Below, in pieces: positions 49,947-59,252 of a DNA stretch of 64,000 nucleotides. A program made the translations under genes and the position numbers. The notes under the pieces are model-generated. The model searched no databases. It was not told the origin of the DNA and saw only the letters and a program-made list of their open reading frames with translations. The stretch comes from Ignavibacteriota bacterium (GTDB taxonomy: Bacteria > Bacteroidota > Ignavibacteria > UBA10030). Location: contig CAVSHO010000009.1 in assembly GCA_963727825.1 (NCBI GenBank), forward strand, positions 544,001 through 608,000, read 5' to 3'. Position 1 is the first letter of the stretch, and the number at the start of each line of letters is the position of its first letter.

Positions 49947-50518
49947 AAGATTTTATAAACCTCCAGCCAGTTATTAAGAACCATTTCGCCATCCTGAGTA
50001 AGAATTGATTCAGGATGAAATTGAATTCCTTCGATGGGGTACTTTCGGTGCGTTACACCCATAATGATGCCATCGTTTGTGCGAGCGGATATCTTGAGTT
50101 CATCAGGAAAATGCTCCGGCGAAATCACAAGCGAGTGGTAACGTCCTACAAGCAATGGATTCGATACAGATTTGAGAATAGTCTCGCCGGAATGTGTTAT
50201 CGTTGAGGTTCTTCCATGCATAAGCGAAGGCGCGTGTGTAATATGCGCGCCGAAAGCAAAACCAATTGCCTGGTGGCCAAGACACACACCAAGGATTGGA
50301 ATCTTTGAACCGAAACGCTGAATCACTTCTACTGTTATCCCTGCATTTTCTGGCTTGCCGGGTCCCGGCGAAAGGATTATCCCATGCGGTGCAAGATATG
50401 CAACTTCATCGGTGGAAATTTCATCATTGCGTTTTACAAGAATATCCTTGGTTTTCTTGCCGATCGCCTGCACAAGATTGTAAGTGAATGAATCATAATT
50501 ATCGATCACCAGAATCAT
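49943..50518 (-). CDS. trpG: Anthranilate synthase component II
   Basis: IDNYDSFTYNL, SPGPG, GVCLGHQ, QFHPES. Confidence 0.96.
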   Translation of the reverse strand: MILVIDNYDSFTYNLVQAIGKKTKDILVKRNDEISTDEVAYLAPHGIILSPGPGKPENAGITVEVIQRFGSKIPILGVCLGHQAIGFAFGAHITHAPSLMHGRTSTITHSGETILKSVSNPLLVGRYHSLVISPEHFPDELKISARTNDGIIMGVTHRKYPIEGIQFHPESILTQDGEMVLNNWLEVYKIL

Positions 50519-52023
50519 TGCCGACCTCCAGAATATCCATTGCCGCTATGAATTTTCAGTAGGCCATTTGATGCAACGGCGAGAGCATCGAGTAACGCCT
50601 GCGCTTTGTTCTCAGTTTCCTTGTACTCAAGCTCCGGAACCGAATCCGCAACTATGCCTGCGCCTGCTTGAATGGTCAGCATGTCGTTTGCCGCAATAAT
50701 CGTTCTAATTGCAATGCACGTATCAAGTGTTCCGTCGAAACCAAGATAGCCGACTGCGCCGGCGTAAATTCCGCGCCGTACAGGTTCTAATTCGTTTATA
50801 ATTTCCATCGCACGGACTTTTGGAGCTCCGGAGACAGTACCGGCAGGAAAGCAAGCACGTAAAGCATCTATACTATTTGCATTTGCTTTAATTTTTCCCT
50901 GCACTTCAGAAACCAAATGCATTACATGAGAAAATCGTTTCAGTCCCTTAAAAATAGGAACGTGTACAGTGCCATATTCGCTCACACGCCCGATATCGTT
51001 ACGCCCCAAATCAACCAGCATAATATGTTCAGCCAATTCCTTTTCATCACGCAATAATTCTTCTTCTAAAAGTTTATCTTCTTGTTCTGTTTTGCCGCGT
51101 TTGCGCGTGCCTGCAATCGGCATCACCGCAACAATGCAATCCTGCACACGCACTAAAACTTCCGGCGAGGAACCAATAAGTTTTACAGGCCCATAATCGA
51201 GATAAAAAAGATATGGAGATGGATTGATGATACGTAGAGCGCGATAGACGGGAAATGGATCACCAGAAAACGGAACTTGCACTCGGCGCGAAAGAACTAC
51301 CTGAAAGATGTCTCCTTCGTAGATGTATTCCTTCGCACGTTTGACCGATGAACAAAATGCGTTATGATCGACGCCGTGTTGAACAGAAGAAAGATCACAT
51401 TGAAAACTATTTTCCATTACTGGCGGTTTGCTTAGTTGAGCAAGAATAGCTGTCAGGATTTTTACTCCTTCATTGTATTGATCATTCAATGAATGATTCT
51501 TTTCTACGAGAATGTTGTGAGTCACTGTTAAAAGCTGCTGAAGGTGATCAAACTTCACGACAGATTGATACAGGCCAAATATTGCATCCGGCACATCATT
51601 CACTGATGTTGGGTGCAAAGGAATATTTTCAATTTCCTGGACGCGGTCGTACCCGAAGTAACCAAGGAATCCGCCTGTAAATCCTTGTTGTTCGTGTGCT
51701 GCCATGCTTCGGTATCGGTGTGATAACTCGTCCAGCACATCAAGGATTTTTCCACGCCGCGACTCTTTCTTCCCGCGTGATTCAATTTCAACAACATCCC
51801 CTTTTGCTTTTATTATCAGAATTGGTTCTGTTCCGACAAACGAAAACCGTCCGATTCGTTCGTCAGGTTCGACACTCTCAAGAAGAAATGAATATGAAGT
51901 TTTCGATCGAAGTGTCAAATAAATCGATACCGGCGTGTGCAAATCGGCAAGCATCGTTTCTACAAGGGGAACAACAGAATAGGTCTGTGCAAGCTCTTTA
52001 AATTTTTCTTTTGTAATCATCAT
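50515..52023 (-). CDS. trpE: Anthranilate synthase component I
   Basis: FLLESV, GDIFQVVLS, NPSPY, PIAGT, EHIMLVDLGRND, FPAGTVSGAPK. Confidence 0.97.
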   Translation of the reverse strand: MMITKEKFKELAQTYSVVPLVETMLADLHTPVSIYLTLRSKTSYSFLLESVEPDERIGRFSFVGTEPILIIKAKGDVVEIESRGKKESRRGKILDVLDELSHRYRSMAAHEQQGFTGGFLGYFGYDRVQEIENIPLHPTSVNDVPDAIFGLYQSVVKFDHLQQLLTVTHNILVEKNHSLNDQYNEGVKILTAILAQLSKPPVMENSFQCDLSSVQHGVDHNAFCSSVKRAKEYIYEGDIFQVVLSRRVQVPFSGDPFPVYRALRIINPSPYLFYLDYGPVKLIGSSPEVLVRVQDCIVAVMPIAGTRKRGKTEQEDKLLEEELLRDEKELAEHIMLVDLGRNDIGRVSEYGTVHVPIFKGLKRFSHVMHLVSEVQGKIKANANSIDALRACFPAGTVSGAPKVRAMEIINELEPVRRGIYAGAVGYLGFDGTLDTCIAIRTIIAANDMLTIQAGAGIVADSVPELEYKETENKAQALLDALAVASNGLLKIHSGNGYSGGRQ

Positions 52024-52153
52024 GACCATCCATAAAATGTTACTAATCAATACGCTCTTTATTTGTTTTCCTTCCCTTTTAGGGGAGCCGGAGGCATAAT
52101 AATGAGGCAGGCGTAGTCTGCCATTATTTATTCGGTGGGGTCATTTTTTTTTG

Positions 52154-52187
52154 ACCTCACCCCGACCCTCTCCTATGAGGAGAGGGA
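52154..52187. repeat. REP-like hairpin element in the trpE leader
   Basis: ACCTCACCCCGACCCTCTCCT-ATG-AGGAGAGGG. The 12-mer ACCTCACCCCGA recurs at 23926..23937. Confidence 0.6.
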
Positions 52188-52230
52188 GTTGTTTCCCATT
52201 TTGAAAAGAATACGCAAAGTGTTCACTATA

Positions 52231-52268
52231 AAATAAAAAACCCTTCCAGGGTTAATCCGGGAAGGGTT
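52231..52268 (-). terminator. trp attenuator terminator
   Basis: Minus strand AACCCTTCCCGG-ATTAA-CCCTGGAAGGGTT followed by TTTTATTTT. Confidence 0.9.
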
Positions 52269-52296
52269 AAGAATACAATTTGCGTATGCTTATCAG

Positions 52297-52392
52297 TTAA
52301 CTATCCGTTTTCATACCTGTTCGTTTGGATACACTAATGCACCACCACCAACGATTATTTGAAGAGACGATATGATTAACGGATTGTGACAT
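52297..52392 (-). CDS. trpL: trp operon leader peptide (31 aa, three tandem Trp)
   Basis: Manual translation MSQSVNHIVSSNNRWWWCISVSKRTGMKTDS*, lying between the promoter and the terminator upstream of trpE. Confidence 0.9.
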   Translation of the reverse strand: MSQSVNHIVSSNNRWWWCISVSKRTGMKTDS

Positions 52393-52405
52393 ACTTTACG
52401 TAAGC

Positions 52406-52434
52406 AATATACATGATCGGTGGAAAGAAGTCAA
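52406..52434 (-). promoter_or_regulatory. trp operon promoter
   Basis: Minus strand TTGACT-17 nt-TATATT. Confidence 0.75.
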
Positions 52435-52556
52435 GTCTTAACTAAAAAAATCGCCGTTGTCTTTCAATAAAACAATCGTACATTGACATAGAAAAAACTA
52501 TTCCATGGGGGAAAAAGAACAAGTGCATATAAAATTCAAGTTAATTTGAATCGTTT

Positions 52557-53624
52557 ATGAAGTTAGAACTATTCGGCTGGAATGATTTTTTTGAGGAGAG
52601 TTTTGCTCAATACTCTCATCAGGGTTTGCTGCCCGGCCGCGTTACGATTCAGCACAAAGACCGCTATGTGCTGTTCACTGAACGAGGCGAAGTGAACGGA
52701 AAAGTAAGCGGCAAGTTCCGTTTTGAAGCCTCCGGCCTTCATGATTTTCCTGCTGTCGGTGATTGGGTTGTCTTTGAAATCGGTTCCGGCGATCAATCTG
52801 CTGTTATTCATCATGTGCTGGAACGCAGAAGCAAGTTTTCGCGTAAAGTTGCCGGCGATCGCACCGATGAACAAGTTCTTGCAGCAAATATAGATATTGT
52901 ATTTCTTGTAATGGGTTTAGACGGAGACTACAATTTGCGCAGGATGGAGCGTTATCTTACAGTAGCATGGGAAAGCGGTGCGCGACCAATAATTGTGCTG
53001 AACAAATCCGATATATGTCCAATCCTTGAAGAATGTACAGAACAAGTACTCTCAATTGCTCATGGAGTTGATACTGTGGTTATGAGCGCACATCACTCAG
53101 AACAGGTTGCTCCTCTTTGGACATTATTAACGCCAGGAACGACAGGAGTTTTACTTGGTTCATCTGGAGTCGGAAAATCTACTATCACGAACGCACTTCT
53201 TGGTAAAGAATATTTGAAAGTGAATGAAGTTCGAGAGAATGACAGCCGCGGACGACACACAACGCCACATCGTGAATTACTAATTCTCCCTAATGGCGGT
53301 ATCATTATCGATACTCCGGGACTGCGTGAACTCCAGCTTTGGAGAGGCGACGAGGGTTTACGCGAGAATTTCGATGATATCGAAGAACTTGCATCGAATT
53401 GCAGATTCCGCGATTGTAAACACGAAACCGAACCACATTGTGCAGTGAAGAAGGCAATGGAAGACGGCTTGCTTGATTCCTGCCGTTATGAAAGCTACCT
53501 AAAACTTCAACTGGAAATTCAATATCTTGCATTAAGACAAGAGATGAGCGCCCAACGGATTGAAAAAGAGCGCTGGAAGAATATTTCTAAACAAGCAAAA
53601 AAACAGTCTTCGAAACCACGTTAA
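52557..53624 (+). CDS. rsgA: Ribosome small subunit-dependent GTPase A
   Basis: PAVGDWV, NKSD, GSSGVGKST, GRHTT, DTPG, zinc finger CRFRDCKHETEPHC. Confidence 0.96.
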   Translation: MKLELFGWNDFFEESFAQYSHQGLLPGRVTIQHKDRYVLFTERGEVNGKVSGKFRFEASGLHDFPAVGDWVVFEIGSGDQSAVIHHVLERRSKFSRKVAGDRTDEQVLAANIDIVFLVMGLDGDYNLRRMERYLTVAWESGARPIIVLNKSDICPILEECTEQVLSIAHGVDTVVMSAHHSEQVAPLWTLLTPGTTGVLLGSSGVGKSTITNALLGKEYLKVNEVRENDSRGRHTTPHRELLILPNGGIIIDTPGLRELQLWRGDEGLRENFDDIEELASNCRFRDCKHETEPHCAVKKAMEDGLLDSCRYESYLKLQLEIQYLALRQEMSAQRIEKERWKNISKQAKKQSSKPR

Positions 53625-53695
53625 TTTGAATCCCAGCGTATTCAGGAAATCGCACGTGCTCTTCCTAGACGCTTTTATCGCTATTTGATCCCTTT

Positions 53696-54205
53696 CTACA
53701 CTTCAATTTCTGAAGGATCTTTTGGAGAAGATTCTACTTTCCATTCTTGTTCAACCGGATTAAAATCAGCAATCTTGTTCAGCGGCATACGTAAGTATTT
53801 ACCAAAGCCAATTGCAGCGACTTCACCGTCTGGCAAAAGCAATTCGCCGGTTCCTTCAAATGTGCGACTCGTTTCACTTGTAATGCGCCCCACGACGCGG
53901 AGTTCTTCATTCAACGGAATAGGTTTCTTGAAGCGTGTTGTGAATTCTATCGTGACACCCCAGAACTCTCCATCCTTGTGCTTCATCATAATAGCTCTGC
54001 CGACAGTTTCATCAAGAACTGCCGTTGTAATTCCGCCATGAAGTCTGCCCGGATAACTTTGATGTTCATCTGAAGGTTTGAAGATGCACACAAGTTCGTT
54101 ATTCTCTAATTCAAAGAATTGTCCCTTGAGTCCAAATGAATTCTTCAGCCCACAAAGAAAGCACATTTTGCTGTTTTGCTGTTTTCCTTTAACGCGATGT
54201 TTCAT
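53696..54205 (-). CDS. PaaI/hotdog-fold thioesterase
   Basis: CFLCG..N..GL, HQSYPGRLHGGITTAVLDE. Confidence 0.9.
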   Translation of the reverse strand: MKHRVKGKQQNSKMCFLCGLKNSFGLKGQFFELENNELVCIFKPSDEHQSYPGRLHGGITTAVLDETVGRAIMMKHKDGEFWGVTIEFTTRFKKPIPLNEELRVVGRITSETSRTFEGTGELLLPDGEVAAIGFGKYLRMPLNKIADFNPVEQEWKVESSPKDPSEIEV

Positions 54206-54242
54206 TCTGATTTTCTGATTTATGATTTGATAAATTAGTAAT

Positions 54243-55394
54243 TTATTTCTTACACACTTTGTCTAACCATTGGAAGACCTCATCCTGCATCTCTTTATTA
54301 AAGACATGGGGAACATTCCAGAGCTTGGTAATGAGCTTATCGTCGGCACCCTGGGATTTCCATACCGCATGCATACGTGCATACGCTTCCTGCACTGCCA
54401 TATCAGGAAAAAGTTTATCCTGCTCGCCGTTGAAAAACAGCATCGGCTTGGGGCAGGCGATGCTCGCTACGTCGGGATAGTCGAGATAATTCGCAAGTCC
54501 GGGATGCGTAGTAGCGAACGACGATCCACCGCGAGTAGCATTCGCTTTAGGAACAATTAAGCCCTTGTATGTTCCCATCCAGCAAATTGCTGCACCGGCG
54601 GCAATTTTATCGGAAAGCGCTGCAACTTGCCAAGCACGGAATGAGCCCATAGAAAATCCTAAGGCAATTACTTTTGTGGAATCCACTTCGGGCCGTGTTG
54701 CAAGAAATTCCGCCGCAATAATATCTTCCCACGCAATCAATCCCGCATATGACATTCCCATATTCAATAAATTGGATGCAATCGCTTGTTGACCGTCGTA
54801 TCCACCGCCGCCACGATCCGACCAATTAAGCGCATCAGTAGCAAAACATACATAGCCACGTTTAGCTAATTCATCACCAACAAATCTGCCGCCATAGTTT
54901 TTATCTACCCACTCACGGGCTGATTGCAGGCGTTTCAAACTATCGGCAAATGGTTCCACCATCTTTTCTTTGCCTATATCGAACTTTGAACCATGATCAT
55001 GCAATAGTAAGACAGCTGGAAACGGCCCCCTACCTTTTGGTACTAGCAGATATGCAAGAACACGACTGTCTGCAGAAAGATTGAATATTACTTTTTGTGC
55101 AACATAGCTGCCGCGATCTTGTGTAGCAATCATGACCGGATGATATGAAATGAGCGGTGGCCGACTTAATAAACATTCCATCACCTTGGAACGCGCATTT
55201 GTACGCCACGAATTAAAATCGCTGAAATTTCCGGACAACCATGAGAGCGGATATTTCAATCTCTCTTGAAGAATATTATAGAAAGAAGGAAGGTTATCAT
55301 GAATGACACTTGTTTGATATGTTGAGTCTTCTACGGTTTGAGAATGTGCAAACTGAGGAAGAAGAACATACATAAATATGAAAAACTTTTTCAT
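54243..55394 (-). CDS. Exported alpha/beta hydrolase (dienelactone hydrolase / acetyl esterase-like)
   Basis: Signal peptide, PAVLLLHDHG, nucleophile GFSMG, NGEQDKLF, PHVF. Confidence 0.88.
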   Translation of the reverse strand: MKKFFIFMYVLLPQFAHSQTVEDSTYQTSVIHDNLPSFYNILQERLKYPLSWLSGNFSDFNSWRTNARSKVMECLLSRPPLISYHPVMIATQDRGSYVAQKVIFNLSADSRVLAYLLVPKGRGPFPAVLLLHDHGSKFDIGKEKMVEPFADSLKRLQSAREWVDKNYGGRFVGDELAKRGYVCFATDALNWSDRGGGGYDGQQAIASNLLNMGMSYAGLIAWEDIIAAEFLATRPEVDSTKVIALGFSMGSFRAWQVAALSDKIAAGAAICWMGTYKGLIVPKANATRGGSSFATTHPGLANYLDYPDVASIACPKPMLFFNGEQDKLFPDMAVQEAYARMHAVWKSQGADDKLITKLWNVPHVFNKEMQDEVFQWLDKVCKK

Positions 55395-55452
55395 ATTGAA
55401 ACTCGGCACAGTAATTTAGAGTGCGGATCTGATTAGGGCTTACTTTTTAAGT

Positions 55453-56037
55453 CTATCCGCCTTCAGGAAAATATTTCTTTGTACAATCTGGACACAATCC
55501 ATGCGTAAAATCTACATCGACAATACGTTCACTAATATATCTTTCAATTTGCTGCCATTGATTTGTATTCAACCGAATTTTCTTACAACTTGAACAAATA
55601 GGAAGAAGGCTTCCAATTTCCATTAACTCGTGGATGTCTTCTAGGATTAGCAACGTCAATGATTTGTTTTTATATATGAAGGGGGATGTTGTGACAAGGA
55701 GCGGTAGTTCGGTAACTTTCTCGCCAATTTTTCGCTGCATCATGGTTTTTTTTCGGTAGGTTTTTCCACCATTACTTGCCTCGTTGACTGAATTCCGTAT
55801 CACACAGGTTTTACAATGTGGACCATGTCCACAACCTTCCTCCACGTCTTTGGAATGAATACAATGGAGCGCTTCACCTCCGCGTTGTTGAAGCATTTCT
55901 TCATTTTCAAGCAGATGAAGGGCGGCAGAATTCCAGAATAGAATATGAACGTCATCATCAACAACCAGTGTAGGGAATGGAATGGCATTGAATATGTTTA
56001 TTAAAAAGACATCGTCTTTAAACAAATGTTCGGGCAT
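55453..56037 (-). CDS. Cys-rich PAS domain protein with C-terminal CxxC...HxxCxxC module
   Basis: PAS start IFNAIPFPTLVVD...WN, insert HCIH..GCG..CKTC, C-terminal LLPICSSCKKIR...THGLCPDC. Confidence 0.85.
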   Translation of the reverse strand: MPEHLFKDDVFLINIFNAIPFPTLVVDDDVHILFWNSAALHLLENEEMLQQRGGEALHCIHSKDVEEGCGHGPHCKTCVIRNSVNEASNGGKTYRKKTMMQRKIGEKVTELPLLVTTSPFIYKNKSLTLLILEDIHELMEIGSLLPICSSCKKIRLNTNQWQQIERYISERIVDVDFTHGLCPDCTKKYFPEGG

Positions 56038-56168
56038 GGTGTTTCTTTCCTATCTTTAATATAAGGTAGCAGGAGCGTTTTCTAAACGCAAGTTGGTTTT
56101 TTATCCTTTTTTCTGCACTTTATTATTATCGATATTTTATCGATTTCACTTTATGGAGGATTTATTCC

Positions 56169-57260
56169 ATGGGCAAATCACATTTTCTGCATCTCCTCTT
56201 AAAGATATTTGTTCTTCTCTTTCTAATTAATCTTCCACTTTCGGCTCAAGAACGGCAATCCATCGATTCCCTTTTCAAGCAAATCGACAAAAAATTTGAA
56301 GCGCTCGATCACCGTCTCGATCAAATAGAAAAAGCTGTGGACGATGTGCAATGGTATAATAAAGTTGACGATGTCGCCAGCATTGAGAAAGTGTTCATCG
56401 TCGGTCCTCCTCCAGCAAAAGTAAAAGACTCGACGGCAAGAGGGGCATGGAACCCGGTTAAATTTTGGGCATACGTTTTCATTCCAAAAAAACTGGATAG
56501 GAATAAAAAATATCCCTTGCTGGTTTTACCACACGGCGGTGTGCATGCCGATTTTACGACATATCATACACACATCATCCGCGAAATGATAGCACAGGGT
56601 TATATTGTTGTAGCGCCGGAATTCCGCGGCAGTACAGGATACGGGAAGGATTTTTACGAGCGGATTGACTACGGCGGACGCGAAGTGGAAGATAATCATG
56701 CTGCACGCAATTGGATGGTGGAAAACTACAGCTTTGTCGATAGCACTCGTGTTGGCGCTATCGGATGGAGCCATGGCGGCCTTATCACATTGCTGGATAT
56801 CTTTGAACATCCGAATGACTATCAGGTTGCATTTGCCGGTGTACCGGTAAGCGACCTTATAATGCGGTTGGGATACTATGATGACGACTATCGGAAAGAC
56901 TTTTATGCCAAATATCATATCGGGAAAACCGTTAGTGAGGACTCGACAGAATACTTGAGACGCTCTCCGGTTACTTACGTGAACAAACTGAAAATACCGT
57001 TATTGATTCACACCAACACCAACGACGACGACGTACACGTTGAAGAAGTAAAGCATCTCATCGAAGCTCTAAAGACGTCAGGGAAAAAGTTCAACTTTGA
57101 GATTTTCCAGGAAGCCCCCGGCGGACACAGCTTTGACCGCATCGACACGAAGCTGGCAAAGCAGACGCGTATGAAGATTTATAAATTTCTTGCTCAATAC
57201 CTGAATCCGCCGCACCAATTTAAATCTTTAGCGGACTTAGAAAAAGCAGGGTATAAATAA
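56169..57260 (+). CDS. Exported S9 (prolyl oligopeptidase family) peptidase, catalytic domain only
   Basis: HGGVH, FRGSTGYG, GWSHGG, NDDDV, GGHSF. Signal peptide and a short coiled coil. Confidence 0.9.
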   Translation: MGKSHFLHLLLKIFVLLFLINLPLSAQERQSIDSLFKQIDKKFEALDHRLDQIEKAVDDVQWYNKVDDVASIEKVFIVGPPPAKVKDSTARGAWNPVKFWAYVFIPKKLDRNKKYPLLVLPHGGVHADFTTYHTHIIREMIAQGYIVVAPEFRGSTGYGKDFYERIDYGGREVEDNHAARNWMVENYSFVDSTRVGAIGWSHGGLITLLDIFEHPNDYQVAFAGVPVSDLIMRLGYYDDDYRKDFYAKYHIGKTVSEDSTEYLRRSPVTYVNKLKIPLLIHTNTNDDDVHVEEVKHLIEALKTSGKKFNFEIFQEAPGGHSFDRIDTKLAKQTRMKIYKFLAQYLNPPHQFKSLADLEKAGYK

Positions 57261-57336
57261 AGCACGAACTAAAACATTAGGATATATGCAAATCTCCTTT
57301 TGTTCTCTATAAAAAAGCAGTACTTTATATACGGTC

Positions 57337-57365
57337 AAACGCAGGTTCGTCCTGCGTTTTTATTT
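57337..57365 (+). terminator. Probable intrinsic terminator
   Basis: AAACGCAGG-TTCGT-CCTGCGTTT followed by TTATTT. Confidence 0.6.
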
Positions 57366-57389
57366 ATCATTTAACTAAAAGGATAATTC

Positions 57390-58079
57390 ATGAAAAAGCT
57401 TATCACAGTCGCTCTTATGCTGTCGCTATTTGTAGGCACAGCTATGACGCAGAAAAATGAAACACCAAAGACAACGAAAGAGAAAGTTAGTTACAGTATC
57501 GGTATCAATATTGCAAAGAACATGAAAGTGCAGGGCTTGGATATCGATCAGGGAATGCTTGTACAAGGTATAAAAGACGAATTAAGCGGATCAAAAATCG
57601 CGATGAGTGATAAAGACATGGAAACAACAATGACCGCATTTCAAAAGGAAATGATGGCCAAGATGGAAGCCAAGCAAAAAATCGACGGTGAAAAGAATAA
57701 AAAAGATGGTGAAGCGTTCCTTGCGGCAAACAAGAAAAAGGACGGCGTGATAACACTTCCCAGCGGATTACAATACAAGATTATTAAAAATGGCGATGGT
57801 GCAAAACCCACAGCGAGCCAAACAGTAAGATGTAATTACCGGGGAACACTTATAGATGGAAAAGAGTTTGACAGTTCCTATAAACGCGGCGAACCGGCAG
57901 AATTTCCAGTCGGGCAAGTTATTAAAGGATGGGTGGAAGCTTTACAACTGATGCCTGTTGGATCGAAATGGCAGCTGTTCATTCCTTCTGATCTTGCGTA
58001 CGGACCAAATGGACAGGGACAATTGATCGGTCCAAACGCCACATTAATTTTTGATATTGAACTGCTTTCTATTAAATGA
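57390..58079 (+). CDS. FKBP-type peptidyl-prolyl isomerase (FkpA/Mip-like)
   Basis: KVSYSIG, LPSGLQY, YRGTLIDGKEFDSS, VIKGWVEAL, LAYG. Confidence 0.95.
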   Translation: MKKLITVALMLSLFVGTAMTQKNETPKTTKEKVSYSIGINIAKNMKVQGLDIDQGMLVQGIKDELSGSKIAMSDKDMETTMTAFQKEMMAKMEAKQKIDGEKNKKDGEAFLAANKKKDGVITLPSGLQYKIIKNGDGAKPTASQTVRCNYRGTLIDGKEFDSSYKRGEPAEFPVGQVIKGWVEALQLMPVGSKWQLFIPSDLAYGPNGQGQLIGPNATLIFDIELLSIK

Positions 58080-58088
58080 TTCTATTTA

Positions 58089-58112
58089 GGGGCGAGGCAC
58101 CTGTCTCGCCCC
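58089..58112. repeat. REP-like palindrome between the FKBP gene and dedA
   Basis: GGGGCGAGGCA-CC-TGTCTCGCCCC preceded by TA. Confidence 0.55.
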
Positions 58113-58126
58113 ATTGCTTGACTCCT

Positions 58127-58784
58127 ATGGAACTACTTCAACAATTTATCCAATTCGTTCTCCATATCGACAAACATTTGTTTGATCTCTGTACTCTATA
58201 CGGCGCATGGATTTATGGAATTCTCTTCCTGGTCATTTTTTGCGAGACCGGTCTCGTTGTGACTCCTTTTTTGCCTGGCGATTCATTATTATTTGCTATC
58301 GGTTCATTGGCTGCAATCGGGGCAATGCGCGTGGAGTTTGCCATTCCTTTACTCATAGCCGCAGCACTCACGGGAGACAATACTAATTACTGGATTGGGC
58401 GAAAAGTTGGACCAAAAGTATTTAGCCAAGAAAAGTCGCGCTTATTCAATAAAGAGTATCTAGACCGCACAAACAAATTCTATGACAAGCACGGGAAAAT
58501 AACAGTGGTAATAGCACGGTTTCTTCCGATCATTCGAACATTCGCTCCTTTTGTTGCTGGTATCGGGCGGATGACGTAACCGTACATTCCTACTTTTCAG
58601 TATCATGGGTGCGTTATCTTGGGTAACCCTCTTTGTTCTGGTAGGATATTTCTTTGGCAATATTCCATTCATCAAAGAACATTTCTCTGTCGTTATTCTT
58701 ATACTCGTGTTAATTCCTGGAATGCCTGCGGTAATTGAATTTGCTCGTCAGTTCATGACCAGCTCGAAAAAGAGTAACTTATAA
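58127..58784 (+). pseudogene. dedA: DedA family membrane protein with one +1 frameshift (pseudogene or sequence error)
   Basis: FCETGLVVTPFLPGDSLLF and ARFLPIIRTFAPFVAG. At ACG TAA C CGT (about 58579), removing one base restores MTYRTFLLFSIMGALSWVTLFVLVGYFFGNIPFIKEHF to TAA 58784. Confidence 0.88.
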
Positions 58785-58951
58785 TCATTCGACTGCTGTA
58801 TAAAATCATGAAAGCATTATCGCCCTACTCATTGCAGAGTAATTTTATTTTGCAAAACGCCAGAACTTGATTCATACATTCATTTGCGGCATATTTATTC
58901 CGAATCCTATTATTCTGTACATCACCATTGATCGCATTTATTGGAGACGCT

Positions 58952-59165
58952 ATGCATAGAACATTGGTCTCCGAAGGGTCAGTTGGATATTCACTCATAA
59001 TTGGAAACGATAATGCACAAAAACCAGAAAACGATAAATAAAAAGAATTATGCAGTGATTAACTGGAAACCGACACAAAACCTTTCTTTAGAAGCGTACG
59101 TAGACTATGAATCAGCGACACAAGACAAAGGCCGCACAACGTATAAAGCATTTCTTTCCTATTGA
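58952..59165 (+). pseudogene. Possible remnant of an outer-membrane porin-like gene
   Basis: GGAG+ATG, then GYSLIIGNDNAQKPENDK* and, in a shifted frame, KNYAVINWKPTQNLSLEAYVDYE...TTYKAFLSY*, with beta-strand alternation. Confidence 0.4.
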
Positions 59166-59252
59166 GAACCATCGTTTATGTTTGGTGCAGAAATTATTGA
59201 TCAGCTACAAAAAAACTAAAAATTTTTATTAAAATTTGCCGGAAATATTTCT

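Noticed and set aside
52200-52440. T-box or TRAP regulation of the trp operon
   Set aside because: No T-box consensus or (G/U)AG repeat array. The Trp-rich leader peptide explains the region.
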